Of a stretch of 64,000 nt of DNA, positions 51,763-62,842 are shown piece by piece (the stretch's first letter is position 1; the number at the start of each line of letters is the position of its first letter). The DNA comes from an uncultured Clostridia bacterium (GTDB taxonomy: Bacteria; Bacillota; Clostridia; TANB77; UBA1234). Below the pieces are notes generated by a model. That model saw nothing but the letters and a program-made list of their open reading frames with translations, did no database searches and was not told where the DNA came from. The position numbers and the translations under genes are program-made. The stretch is taken from assembly GCA_944393265.1 (NCBI GenBank), contig CALXZO010000005.1, forward strand, positions 4,601-68,600. Reading direction: 5' to 3'.

Positions 51763-53484
51763 CTATCCTCCATATGGACTCTCTGGTGAATCCCATCCTG
51801 GAGGTAAATCTCTTATAGGTTCATCTGGCTCTGGCTCCGAAACGTCCGGCTCTTCCGGAACTTCAGGTACTTCGGGAACTTCAGGCACTTCCGGAACAAC
51901 AGGCGTTGGCTCTTTTGTTCCTATTTTCACAATTCTGTTCGTTGGAATATATTTATCCTTAGAGATTAATGTTCTAGAAATTACATTTCCATTCTCATCT
52001 TTTTCAATCCTATATGCCTCTGAAAGATACCCATCCTCCGGCTCTTGCAACTCTACAGATTTTCCAACAAGCATATTTGAATCATATTGATATTCTGTTT
52101 CATATTTTAATGTTTCTAATACAACTGATTCTAGCTCTATTATTGGATCATCCTCCTCTTTAATACCTAATATGCTCATGGTCACAGTACCGTTATTTAG
52201 CGTAGACACTATCTTTATTGGATAATTTCTATTATTAACAAATTTAAAATCTATTGCCCCCTCTGCAATTGTCGCATCCAAACTTGGTTTAACATAGTCA
52301 ACATACATTCCGTGTGCAACTCTTTCTGTTACTTCTAAGTCGGCCATTAAAACAATATTATACAACATTGATGATATTTGGCAAATACCTCCACCAACTG
52401 TATTTACCACTCTGCCACCAGCAAAAGAATGAGCTGAAGCATATCCATTTGCAATAGTTCTTGTTCCTATTGTTTCATGAAACGAGAACTCATTTCCCGG
52501 ATATATTATCGTTGAATTACATCTATCTGAAGCAACTTGTAAATTTTGCACTCTATTTTTTTCTGTTGTATCATATTTCGTAGAGTATGTAGCTAATGTA
52601 TCCTTGAAAAGTTGTTCGTCCAAGTCTGCAACTTTAATTTCAGGCTCAACTATTCTTAATTCTAATGTCATAGAATCTAATTCATTCAAGTCTTCATATT
52701 TTTGCTTAGCTAACTCAACGTCAAAATCTACTCCTGTCTTATCAATAATTACTTCAAACTTCTCGCCAGAAACAAAAGACGCATTTTGCGGCGCCACATA
52801 CACCTCGTCATGTAATGCATCAAAATCTATATTTTCACTACTTGTATAAAGCGTAGGAATTTCGACTTCTGCAACATTGTTTAATATTGCTGTAATCACA
52901 TAGTTTTCCAATAATTCTTCATCTACTTTTAATCCATCTTGCCCTTTTGTAACTATTATTTTTTCGCCAGAAATTTCATATGTATCATCTAGTGATATAC
53001 TCTCATTATCATTAGCAATCTTTTGTGCAAACTCACTAAATTGTTCCTCTTCTAAATCATACTGTAACTCTATTTCTTTATTTATAAAATTACTAAAAAG
53101 TATTGTATAATTATTTAGAATAAAATTACTGTCTCGCCCATAGTTATAAGCTTCTTCAATAGCCTCCTCTAGATTTAGTATAACAAACCCTAACTCTTTA
53201 GCAGACACATCACTATATTCCTTATCGTCCAAACTAAAACTTAGATTTCTATCAAAATATACATCTACAGCACCGTTTACAGCTTCTATTGCTTCATCTT
53301 TTGTCATGTTACTTACTTCCACTCCAGCAATAAATACATTATTTATAATCTTTTCATTTCCAATGTTCATTATAGAAAACAAAACAGACAAACATACTAT
53401 TGCACATGCTAAAACTATTAGTATAACTCCTTTAACACTTTTATTGCTACGAGCTTGAGTAGTATTGTTTAAAATCTGATTCAT
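51763..53484 (-). CDS. VanW-family protein with an N-terminal TM anchor and a C-terminal Pro/Glu-rich repeat tail.
   Basis: The ORF is 573 aa. The VanW-like core precedes the tail TPVVPEVPEVPEVPEVPEEPDVSEPEPDEP. Confidence 0.7.
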   Translation of the reverse strand: MNQILNNTTQARSNKSVKGVILIVLACAIVCLSVLFSIMNIGNEKIINNVFIAGVEVSNMTKDEAIEAVNGAVDVYFDRNLSFSLDDKEYSDVSAKELGFVILNLEEAIEEAYNYGRDSNFILNNYTILFSNFINKEIELQYDLEEEQFSEFAQKIANDNESISLDDTYEISGEKIIVTKGQDGLKVDEELLENYVITAILNNVAEVEIPTLYTSSENIDFDALHDEVYVAPQNASFVSGEKFEVIIDKTGVDFDVELAKQKYEDLNELDSMTLELRIVEPEIKVADLDEQLFKDTLATYSTKYDTTEKNRVQNLQVASDRCNSTIIYPGNEFSFHETIGTRTIANGYASAHSFAGGRVVNTVGGGICQISSMLYNIVLMADLEVTERVAHGMYVDYVKPSLDATIAEGAIDFKFVNNRNYPIKIVSTLNNGTVTMSILGIKEEDDPIIELESVVLETLKYETEYQYDSNMLVGKSVELQEPEDGYLSEAYRIEKDENGNVISRTLISKDKYIPTNRIVKIGTKEPTPVVPEVPEVPEVPEVPEEPDVSEPEPDEPIRDLPPGWDSPESPYGG

Positions 53485-53702
53485 AACAAACCTCCAAATC
53501 TCTCAAAATCACCATAAATATCATACCACAAGATTACATAAAATGCAATGCTTCGGCAAGATTTTTGCCATATTTTCCTATTTTGACTTTTTAATCAATT
53601 AATCTTGTTATTTTTTTAAAATATTTTTTTAAAGTACTTGCAGTTTGTTTTTTTTATATATATAATTGACGTAACAAAAGATAAATTAAGGAGTGGATTA
53701 TA

Positions 53703-54161
53703 ATGCCTATAGAAGAAAAAGTTTATTTTGATACCACTAATCTAATTGAAGGAAGAACCGCTAAACTAACGTATAAAGGTGATTTGGCGACTAGTGGCGC
53801 GAATGAGATATATGTTCATTATGGTTTTGGTCTGTTATGGGATAATCTTCAAGAAGTAAAGCTTGACAAAATTTCAGATGATACTTATGAAACTGAAATA
53901 ACTCTAGTTGGCAATGAGAGTATAAATTTTTGTTTCAGAGATGATAAAAATAATTGGGATAATAACTCTACGCAAAATTATACTATGCCTATATCTCGCG
54001 AAGAAGTTACAGTTGCAAAAGTAGAACCAACTGACTTAGAAGTTCCTAAGTTAAAGAAATCATACATTATAGCTAAGAAAATTAAGCTTACTTTTTACAA
54101 GATTATTACATTCATTCCTAGAGTATTTACTGGGGAGTGGAAAAGAAAAGCAAAAGAATAA
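53703..54161 (+). CDS. Hypothetical protein.
   Basis: The ORF is 152 aa with no recognisable family. Confidence 0.4.
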   Translation: MPIEEKVYFDTTNLIEGRTAKLTYKGDLATSGANEIYVHYGFGLLWDNLQEVKLDKISDDTYETEITLVGNESINFCFRDDKNNWDNNSTQNYTMPISREEVTVAKVEPTDLEVPKLKKSYIIAKKIKLTFYKIITFIPRVFTGEWKRKAKE

Positions 54162-54257
54162 AATATGATACAAATACATAGTTATTAAGCTTAGGGGGTT
54201 GCGCATGTGGTACCCCCTTGTTTTGTGTGTAAATATTTTTAAAGAGGAGGATTTAAA

Positions 54258-54977
54258 TTGAAGACAGTTTTAGTTACTGGTGGTTCAAGAGGTATTGGAA
54301 AATCAATAGTTGAAAAATTTGCATTAGAAGGATATAACGTCGTGTTAAATTACTCAAAATCAGAAGAAGCAGCATTTAAAATTTCAGAAAAATTCAGCAA
54401 TGTAAAGATATATAAGGCAGATGTTTCTATAAAAAAAGATGTTATTAATATGATTGACTTTGCAAAAGAAAATTTTTCAACTATAGATGTATTAATTAAT
54501 AATGCTGGCGTATCGTCCACAGGGCTACTACAAGACCTATCTGATGAAGAATTAAATAGGATATTCTCAGTAAATGTTTATGGCGTATTCAATACGACAC
54601 GCGCTGTTTTACCTCAGATGATTTCTAATCACAGAGGAAAAATAATTAATATATCTTCTGTATGGGGAATGGTTGGCGCTTCAAACGAAGTAGCTTACTC
54701 TGCCTCAAAAGCAGCTATAATTGGCTTTACTAAAGCTTTAGCAAAAGAAGTAGGGCCAAGTAATATTAATGTAAACTGCATAGCTCCCGGAATAGTCATG
54801 ACAGACATGGTAAGCGATTATACCGTAGAAGAATTTGACAACATTCGTTCCAATATTCCACTAGATAGAATCGGCTCTACTGAGGATATTGCAAGCCTTG
54901 CTTACTTCTTAGCAAGCCCTGAAGCAGACTATATTACGGGGCAAGTTATTTCGCCAAATGGAGGATGGGTTATATAA
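54258..54977 (+). CDS. SDR-family oxidoreductase, FabG-like 3-oxoacyl-ACP reductase.
   Basis: It has the cofactor motif TGGSRGIGK, the catalytic S…YSASKAA, and PGIVMTDM. Confidence 0.8.
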   Translation: MKTVLVTGGSRGIGKSIVEKFALEGYNVVLNYSKSEEAAFKISEKFSNVKIYKADVSIKKDVINMIDFAKENFSTIDVLINNAGVSSTGLLQDLSDEELNRIFSVNVYGVFNTTRAVLPQMISNHRGKIINISSVWGMVGASNEVAYSASKAAIIGFTKALAKEVGPSNINVNCIAPGIVMTDMVSDYTVEEFDNIRSNIPLDRIGSTEDIASLAYFLASPEADYITGQVISPNGGWVI

Positions 54978-56552
54978 TTATTTTAGAAATACAGTTATAA
55001 TTTTTACGACTTTACCTCATCCCCATTTTCCCTCATAATGTTAGATTTCTTTTTCCGAGTGCTTTTCTCTCCTATTTTTTCCCTTTAGTTTCTTTTGACT
55101 AGTGTTTGTTGCATTCGGCACATCACTCGTACAGTTCATACAACACTATATCTGACAATCTATCTAAATTGCACAAAGCAACTCTCTTATATGATTTTGA
55201 GCATGTATACACATCTGAATTAATCTTATTTTTTCTCCTGCGCCTAAACTAGACATCTTTATAACTTCCACCTTATTGTCAAGACAAGCAAATTTAGTTG
55301 TAAAAGCTGAAAAATTTGAAAAAGTATTATCAAATATAAAATTAACTGTTAAAGATTTAGTGTCTGCGGTTTGCAAGAATCTATCTATACAGCACGAGAA
55401 TGACGCTATTCGTGAATTTGAAAAGATGCAGGAAATGCCCTTGACCTAGAATAAAGGTTTTGAAATAAGAGAACCTAAAAAGGAATATGAGACGAAACTG
55501 TAAAAATACTATCTCATAAGTTGAGATTTAGTTTATGAGATTTAGTTTATAACCAACCATACATTTTAAATGTTGATTCGATAAAAAATGTAATGTATAA
55601 TAATTATGTGATGTAAAAGTTAGGGGGGAATCGTATGTATTATACAAGTAGTGACACAAATATTAATGAATTACCAGCTATAAAGAATTTTATGAAAAAA
55701 CGAACCAAAAGTTTTTAAAAAAATTTTCTTTTTCTTGCTCTTTTTATTGGATGTTTTGTATCTATGATTATAGCTACACTAAATAATGAAAATTCTGGTG
55801 CAAAAATAACTGATTTTATACCACTTTTCTTTTTCATTCTTATTATTGCCGCTTTTGCAGTTTCTTCATTTATTTCATGGATACGTAGTTTTTCTGAAAA
55901 GGTTAATGAATATTGGTTTGTCACTATTTCAAATATGTATATAGACAGAAAGCGCACAAACAAGGGTAGAATTAAAAGAAAATACTATATTGTTGCAGAT
56001 GTAAATGAAAAAAATATGGAAGCTCAATGCTCACTCAAAGTCTATAATAGAGCACAAAAAGGTGATGAAGTACTTTTCTTTACAATAGGTGACAGCGAAA
56101 TGTATTGTGTTTATCCAGAATAATTCTAATAAAAATATACAAGCAACTTTGAATCATTTTAATTCAAAGTTGCTTTCATAATACTTTATTTCATCATGTA
56201 GGTAAGTTTTTAGCTTATGATATTATTGTTTGTTATTTATTTTCTAATAAATTTTGAAGATGTTTAAATCTTCAAAACTCTGCAAATCCTTCTTACAGTT
56301 GGCTGGGCTGGGAGCATACTCTCGCTTTGCTCGAGGATTCCTTCGGAATGCCCCCGCCCGCCTCGTCGGTGCTTCGCTCCTAGATGCTTCTCGGTTCGAA
56401 TCCTTTTTGTCTTATGCCTAAAAAAGACACCACATACGTGGTGCCTTTTTTTGGCTGGGCTGAATTATTTTTCTTCCTGTTTTCTCGTTTGTGCCAGTAC
56501 TTTTAGTATCCACACTTATTTGGAACTTTCGTTCCAGAAATATTTACTTTTC

Positions 56553-57986
56553 TTACTCTTTATTTTTATTTGCAAATTCTTCTGCAAAATTTTTATTTTG
56601 ATTTGCCATATACTCATCATACTTATTCATTTCTTTTTGTCTAAAGTAATCATAGATATCTCCATAGGTATCAATAGTAGTTTGAATTTTAGCATGACCT
56701 AATACCTTTTGCAATACGTGAATTGGTACTCCTGCTTCAATACATCTTGTAGCGAAGGTATGTCTTAACATGTGGGTATGCACATTGCTTAATTTTAAAT
56801 TGACAATCTTACCATTTTGTTTTTTCTTTTTGGTATAAATTACTCTTATTCCTGCATTTTTAGCAATTCTTTTAAAAGCATTGTTAATCATACTTTCTTC
56901 ATATAACTTTCCATTTTGTTGTGCAAAGATAACATTGTTTTCATTAGGTATCATTTCTTTTAAGGCAATATTTAATACTTCTTTTGAATCTTGCCTTAAA
57001 TCAATTTTACGAATACCATTTTTGGTTTTTGGTGCATCTCCTAACATTGTTTTACCATCTTTCGATTTGGTAAGTGTTTTGCTAATTTGTATGGTGATAT
57101 CATCATTGTATCGAATAATGTCATTAGGGGTTAGTGATAACACTTCACCAACTCTCATTCCTGTGTATAGGCACAATAGCAAGATATTATTATATTTTGA
57201 ACTATTGTTTCTCATATAGTTTTCTAACATATATTGCTCTCTTGCTGTTAATGCTTCAACCTTTTTATCTTGCTTGAAACTTTTAGGTTTTTCAATTGGA
57301 TCATGATAATTTTGGTCAAAGAAATTCTCTTTAATTAACCCTTTTCTCATTGCTTCTTTAAACACATCTCTCAAAATTCTAAAGTCTTTTGAAATAGTTG
57401 AACTCGAATGTTTTCTTTCTTCTTCTAAAAAGTTTTCAATTTGCTTTTTCGATACATTTTGTATAGGAATGTCTGCAAACCTATTTTTACTAATTCGATT
57501 AATGACATCTTTATTTGTCTTGTATCCATTAGGTCTTGTAATGCCTTTTTTGAATTTCTTTTCCTCAATATCAATCGCAATATTTACAATAGATATTTCA
57601 CAAGTTTTTTGAGTATCATCATCATATTTACCTTTGTTATTGATTACTTCATCGAATGATTCGTATAACTTTTGTAAAGCTTCTTCTTTTGTCTTTCCAC
57701 TAAATTGTTTTCTAATCGATTTACCTGTCTTTTCGTTATAGCCTAAGTTTAAAATTTCTGCCTTGATTCTTTTGTATATGTAAAATTTATCGCAATTATC
57801 GTTATCTGTGCAATTTCTGCATTTAGCACATTTTTTCATTGTGTAAAGATTTGCTCTATTGCTACATATTTTCCTGTGTTCACATTCTCTACAGATAGGA
57901 CAGATTTTTCGATTCGTGATTTCTCTTTTATCTTTTGTAATGTACTCGTGAATGGAATAATCACGTCCCTCAATTAGTTTTTTCAT
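56553..57986 (-). CDS. int: Tyrosine-type site-specific recombinase (phage integrase) with an N-terminal Cys-rich region.
   Basis: The ORF is 477 aa. The C-terminal catalytic region has R…HTHMLRHTFATR…LGHAKIQTTIDTY. The N-terminus has several CxxC pairs. Confidence 0.85.
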   Translation of the reverse strand: MKKLIEGRDYSIHEYITKDKREITNRKICPICRECEHRKICSNRANLYTMKKCAKCRNCTDNDNCDKFYIYKRIKAEILNLGYNEKTGKSIRKQFSGKTKEEALQKLYESFDEVINNKGKYDDDTQKTCEISIVNIAIDIEEKKFKKGITRPNGYKTNKDVINRISKNRFADIPIQNVSKKQIENFLEEERKHSSSTISKDFRILRDVFKEAMRKGLIKENFFDQNYHDPIEKPKSFKQDKKVEALTAREQYMLENYMRNNSSKYNNILLLCLYTGMRVGEVLSLTPNDIIRYNDDITIQISKTLTKSKDGKTMLGDAPKTKNGIRKIDLRQDSKEVLNIALKEMIPNENNVIFAQQNGKLYEESMINNAFKRIAKNAGIRVIYTKKKKQNGKIVNLKLSNVHTHMLRHTFATRCIEAGVPIHVLQKVLGHAKIQTTIDTYGDIYDYFRQKEMNKYDEYMANQNKNFAEEFANKNKE

Positions 57987-58127
57987 AATTCCCTCCTAAA
58001 TTTTTAAGGGAATGTCTTGAAAGGTATTACATTTTCTGTTATAATCCTTTTAGAAGTTAGGACTTGGGACATTCCCTTGTTCTTTAAGAAGGTTTAGAAC
58101 GGCATTTCTAAATCTTCTTTTTCTTTT

Positions 58128-58328
58128 CTACAGAATATGTCTTTTACTAAGATATTCTTGTAGAGCATTTGCTTCTACTTTATAAGCTCGTCCATACTTT
58201 TGTGCAGGAAAGTCTTTACTATGAAATAGTTTTAGACAAGTTTGTTTGCTGATGACAAACATTTTACACACTTCTGATATTGAGTAAAGTATTGGCATTG
58301 GTTTTGGTTCTATAGTTACTCTATCCAT
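58128..58328 (-). CDS. xis: Excisionase / helix-turn-helix DNA-binding protein of the Xis-like HTH_17 family.
   Basis: The ORF is 66 aa (LYSISEVCKMFVISKQTCLKLF…) and sits adjacent to the integrase. Confidence 0.55.
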   Translation of the reverse strand: MDRVTIEPKPMPILYSISEVCKMFVISKQTCLKLFHSKDFPAQKYGRAYKVEANALQEYLSKRHIL

Positions 58329-58497
58329 AAGTTTTAGTCTCCTTTCTTTAAAAATTTCATTTTACATTGCTCAATATTTGTTAGCAGACACAATATTGAG
58401 TTTTTATAAACTAACTAGATGATATAATAAGTATTTGACATTGTCAATAGTTTGTTATAAAATATTTTATAAAAAATAACATATATATCTGTGAGGT

Positions 58498-59484
58498 TTG
58501 AATATGGAGAAATTTGATAGCAAATTCTATTTTGATGTAAATCGTAAAAAGAAATATATTGTATATAATGACTATAAACTTTATAAACAGGAATACAACT
58601 TAAGGCAGGTAAACAAAGAACTAAATATTGGTGAACAGCTTTGCGATTTTTTAAATACAGACTTTAAGTCTAAAGAAAGCATTGATGATTTTATAAGAAA
58701 ATATAGTATCACTTTCTTCTTCAATATAGACAAAAAGAAATATAAAGAAACTGCACTTACAAAAGAAGAATATAATAAAATCTTAAAAATGATATTTTCA
58801 GATTTTGAATATGACATAAATAGATTTCATGATGGATTAATAACAGATATTTTATATATCTATAATATGAATGGGCTTGTTGAACTTGAAGATCTTACAC
58901 CGTATCAGCGATTTTTTGCTATGGTAAATAGTGACAGAGTTAGCAAGGCTGTACGATACTTTGATAAAGAAAAAACAAAAATTAATTTTTCGGCATTTGA
59001 ATGGATAGGAGATTATCATCTTTATGCTCGAGAAGAAGTAACACAAAAAATAGCTAAAAAAGATATTGTAAATGCTCCATTCTTTTATGAATGCGAAGAC
59101 ATTATACAAGCTTTAATAATAGAACTTTCTATTATTGCTCATAATAACATTGAAGTAAAAAAATGCAAAAACTGTGGAAAATATTTTGTTCCAGGAAGTA
59201 GATCTGATGAATTATTCTGTGACAATATATTTGAAAATAATAAAACTTGTAAAGAAATCGGCTATTTTAAAGTTAAACAAAAAGCTATTCATGAAAACGA
59301 AGTGTTAAGAATGTACAGAAATGTATATCAAAAATTATTATTAAGAGTAAGAAGAAATCCAGATAATATGCAGTATGCAAGGGAGTTTGAATTTTTCAAA
59401 GATGACAATATAAAAATGAGAGATGATTTAGAAAAAAATATAATTACTGAAGAAGAATATTTGAAATGGTTGAAAGAGCAGTAA
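58498..59484 (+). CDS. Hypothetical island protein with a C4 zinc finger.
   Basis: The ORF is 328 aa and contains CKNCGKYF…CDNIFENNKTC. Confidence 0.4.
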   Translation: MNMEKFDSKFYFDVNRKKKYIVYNDYKLYKQEYNLRQVNKELNIGEQLCDFLNTDFKSKESIDDFIRKYSITFFFNIDKKKYKETALTKEEYNKILKMIFSDFEYDINRFHDGLITDILYIYNMNGLVELEDLTPYQRFFAMVNSDRVSKAVRYFDKEKTKINFSAFEWIGDYHLYAREEVTQKIAKKDIVNAPFFYECEDIIQALIIELSIIAHNNIEVKKCKNCGKYFVPGSRSDELFCDNIFENNKTCKEIGYFKVKQKAIHENEVLRMYRNVYQKLLLRVRRNPDNMQYAREFEFFKDDNIKMRDDLEKNIITEEEYLKWLKEQ

Positions 59485-60027
59485 GAATAATATGTCAGTG
59501 TAAATGTCAGTCAAAATGTCAGTGTAAATTCTGCAACCAATGTTTGCAGAATTATGAAATATAGATAGGAGTGGGATTCTATGCAAAAGAGTGAAAACAT
59601 AAGGAATTAATCAGAGTTTTCAAGGATGTTGATTTAATTGAAAATATTGGTTCTTGAGTATAAGGTTCAAACAAGACTGGAATATGGAAAATATTAGAAT
59701 AATTTATTGGTAAATTATCGACCAATAAATCGACCAATAAAAATGACAAATATCAAACTCATCTTAAAATGCATATTCATTAATTTTAAGGACGAAAAAA
59801 CATAAAAATTTAGTAAAATTCGGTGTTAAACTTTATAACTCGCACTAATGATGCAAGTTTTTGAGCTTTGTTTAAAAATGTCATTTGCAAAAACAAATCA
59901 AATATGCTATAAAAAGCCCAAATTTACCAAAAATAATTTTGATTTTTTATAAGTGTTCGGTAGATTTTATCATAATTTAATGATATTCTTTTTGTAATAG
60001 CAAATTATTAGGATGTGAGTTGAACAT

Positions 60028-60930
60028 ATGAAGATGAAAGAAAAAGCAAAACCTTTTGTAAAATGGGCTGGTGGAAAAACAGGACTTATTCCCCAGATAA
60101 CTAAATATTATCCAGAATCTTTAAAAACGGGAAAAATAGATAAATACATAGAGCCATTTGTTGGTGGCGGTGCGATACTTATAGATGTGCTTCAAAAATA
60201 TGAAGTAAAAGAAGCATATGCTTACGACACCAATAGAGATTTAGTGAATGCTTATAATGTAATAAAAACAGATGTTGATGAGCTAATAAAAAAACTTAAG
60301 AAACTTGAAAATGAATATATACCTTTGGACACAGAAAACAGAAAAAAATACTATTATGAATTAAGAAACGAGTATAATGCATCCGAGATAAAAGTCGGAA
60401 AATTATCTACTCAAAGAGCTTCTGAATTTATATTTTTAAACAAAACCTGTTTTAATGGACTATATCGTGTTAATCAAAATGGCGATTTTAATGTACCAAT
60501 AGGAAAATATAAGAATCCGACTATATGTGATGAGGAAAACCTAAAGGAATTATCAAAATTATTAAAAAATGTTGAAATTATCTGTGGAGATTATAAAGAT
60601 ACCATTGATTTGGTAGACAATAATACATTCGTTTATTTTGATCCACCATATAGACCATTATCAATAACATCTGGTTTTACTTCATACACCAAGGATGATT
60701 TTGATGATAAAGATCAGAAGCAACTAGCAGATTATTATAGAGCATTAAATAATAAAGAAGCTAAATTGATGTTAAGTAATTCAAACCCTAAAAATGTAAA
60801 TAAAGAGGATACATTCTTTGATGATATATATGCAGGGTTTAATATAAATGAGTTACAGGCTAATAGAATGATAAATTCAAAGGGTACAGAAAGAGGAAAG
60901 ATATCAGAACTATTAATATTGAACTATTAG
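60028..60930 (+). CDS. dpnM: Dam-family N6-adenine DNA methyltransferase, DpnM-like (GATC).
   Basis: The N-terminal motif is FVKWAGGK and the catalytic motif is DPPY (YFDPPYRPL). The product is 300 aa. It is the first gene of a dpnM-dpnA-dpnB-like triad. Confidence 0.75.
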   Translation: MKMKEKAKPFVKWAGGKTGLIPQITKYYPESLKTGKIDKYIEPFVGGGAILIDVLQKYEVKEAYAYDTNRDLVNAYNVIKTDVDELIKKLKKLENEYIPLDTENRKKYYYELRNEYNASEIKVGKLSTQRASEFIFLNKTCFNGLYRVNQNGDFNVPIGKYKNPTICDEENLKELSKLLKNVEIICGDYKDTIDLVDNNTFVYFDPPYRPLSITSGFTSYTKDDFDDKDQKQLADYYRALNNKEAKLMLSNSNPKNVNKEDTFFDDIYAGFNINELQANRMINSKGTERGKISELLILNY

Positions 60931-60938
60931 GAGAAACA

Positions 60939-61733
60939 ATGAAAAAAGAGAATTATTATTATCAATCGGAACATTTTAAATTAATAAATAATGATACACT
61001 CAATGCCATGAAGAATATGAATGATAAAACCTTTGACATGATATTTGCTGATCCACCCTATTTTTTGTCTGATGGCGGAATAACTTGTAGTGGTGGAAAA
61101 ATGGTAAGTGTAAACAAAGGAAAATGGGATGAAACTTTGTCTGTTGAGGAAAAACATGAGTTTAATCGTAAATGGATTAGACAATGTTATAGAATCCTGA
61201 AAGATGAGGGAACGATTTGGATTAGCGGAACTTTACACAATATATATTCTATAGGAATGGCTCTCGAAGAAGAAGGATTTAAGATAATAAATAATATAAC
61301 ATGGCAGAAATCAAATCCCCCACCAAATCTTGCTTGTAAAACATTCACACACTCTACTGAAACGATACTTTGGGCGAGAAAAGATATAAAAGGCAAAAAG
61401 TATAAATTCAATTATCAATTGATGAAAGAAATGAATGGAAACAAACAGATGAAAGATGTCTGGACAACTAGTTTAACAAAGCCATCTGAAAAGAAGTTTG
61501 GTAAACATCCAACTCAGAAGCCACTTGAATTACTAGAAAGAATTGTGTTGGCATCAACAAATGAAAACGACTTAATATTAGATCCTTTTAGTGGAAGTGG
61601 AACAACAGGTGTTGTTGCTAATATGCTAAACCGAAACTATATTGGAATAGACAAAGAAAAATCATATTTAGATATATCGATAAAAAGATATGAAGATATT
61701 GCAGGAGGTAAAGATGGAGAAAAGAAATTTTGA
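60939..61733 (+). CDS. dpnA: Second N6-adenine DNA methyltransferase, DpnA-like, of the beta class.
   Basis: The DPPY motif (FADPPYFLS) is N-terminal and the SAM motif (DPFSGSGTTGVVA) is C-terminal. The product is 264 aa. Confidence 0.75.
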   Translation: MKKENYYYQSEHFKLINNDTLNAMKNMNDKTFDMIFADPPYFLSDGGITCSGGKMVSVNKGKWDETLSVEEKHEFNRKWIRQCYRILKDEGTIWISGTLHNIYSIGMALEEEGFKIINNITWQKSNPPPNLACKTFTHSTETILWARKDIKGKKYKFNYQLMKEMNGNKQMKDVWTTSLTKPSEKKFGKHPTQKPLELLERIVLASTNENDLILDPFSGSGTTGVVANMLNRNYIGIDKEKSYLDISIKRYEDIAGGKDGEKKF

Positions 61734-62565
61734 GGAATGGCTTTCTAATTTTAGAAATAGCATTGCCAATTACAAATATTATGTGGATTTTGATATTGTA
61801 TATGAAAATGTTGAAAAGTTTAGGGTAGAACTAAATATCATGAACGCATTAATAGGCTCGAAAAATATTGAAAAAGAGTTCTTGGATATTATAAAAGAGT
61901 ACCCTAAAACACTAAAATGCATTCCTTTTTTACTTGCAGTAAGAAGATTAGAAATATTAGCACAGGATGAAGATATGCAGTATATTTATAAATTTGCACA
62001 AATTAATTATGCACCAGAACAATATGCCGTCTTAATGAGAGAAACAGGTCTTTTTGATTTGCTTGAAAATCATTTGGTTAGCAGTTTAATTGATTATGCT
62101 TTAGGAGTTGAAGTTGGACTAAATTCAAATGGTAGGAAGAATCGTGGTGGGCACTTGATGGAAGATTTGGTAGAAAGCCATATTAAGAAAGCAGGATATA
62201 AAGAATATTACAAAGAGATGTATTTGAATGACATTGAGGCTAAATGGGATTTAGACCTATCAAGAATTTCAGGAGATGGAACATCAACAAAGAGATTTGA
62301 TTTTGTAATAAAAACGGATAACATGGTATATGGAATAGAAACTAATTTCTATGCATCTGGTGGCTCAAAATTAAACGAAACTGCAAGAAGCTATAAAATG
62401 ATAGCAGAAGAATCTAAAGACATTAATGGTTTCAAGTTTATATGGATAACTGATGGAGATGGTTGGAAGTCAGCAAAAAGAAATTTAAAAGAAACATTTG
62501 ATGTGTTAGATAACTTATACTGTATAAAAGATTTGGAAGATGGTGCATTAAAAAACCTAAAATAA
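61714..62565 (+). CDS. dpnB: Putative DpnII/MboI-type restriction endonuclease (DpnB-like).
   Basis: Its position and size, about 283 aa from the RBS-supported ATG at 61714, match DpnB of the DpnII cassette. I did not recognise a catalytic motif with confidence. Confidence 0.55.
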   Translation: MEKRNFEEWLSNFRNSIANYKYYVDFDIVYENVEKFRVELNIMNALIGSKNIEKEFLDIIKEYPKTLKCIPFLLAVRRLEILAQDEDMQYIYKFAQINYAPEQYAVLMRETGLFDLLENHLVSSLIDYALGVEVGLNSNGRKNRGGHLMEDLVESHIKKAGYKEYYKEMYLNDIEAKWDLDLSRISGDGTSTKRFDFVIKTDNMVYGIETNFYASGGSKLNETARSYKMIAEESKDINGFKFIWITDGDGWKSAKRNLKETFDVLDNLYCIKDLEDGALKNLK

Positions 62566-62842
62566 GAGCAATTGGCTCTTATTTTTTTACAAATTAAAAT
62601 ATAAATGTTGACATATTGCTATAATACGTGGTAAAGTAACATTGGACTTGGAAAAATTCCTCGTCAAACAATGCAATAAATGATCAAATGATTTGTAATA
62701 GATACTTATCAGCCGATTAAGAAATGATTAATAAAAATATTATTAAGGATAATACTATATATTATTGTCTTTCTTTTGAGGAATTGATCTATCTACATGA
62801 TAGATTTTTTTATTGCAATAAAAAAAGAAAGGGGACAGTAAT

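Noticed and set aside
56283-56410. An intact tRNA or tmRNA gene next to the integrase.
   Set aside because: A GGTTCGAATCC T-loop motif is present. However, the flanking bases do not form a T-stem or an acceptor stem, there is no CCA, and the segment is too long. At most it is a fragment.
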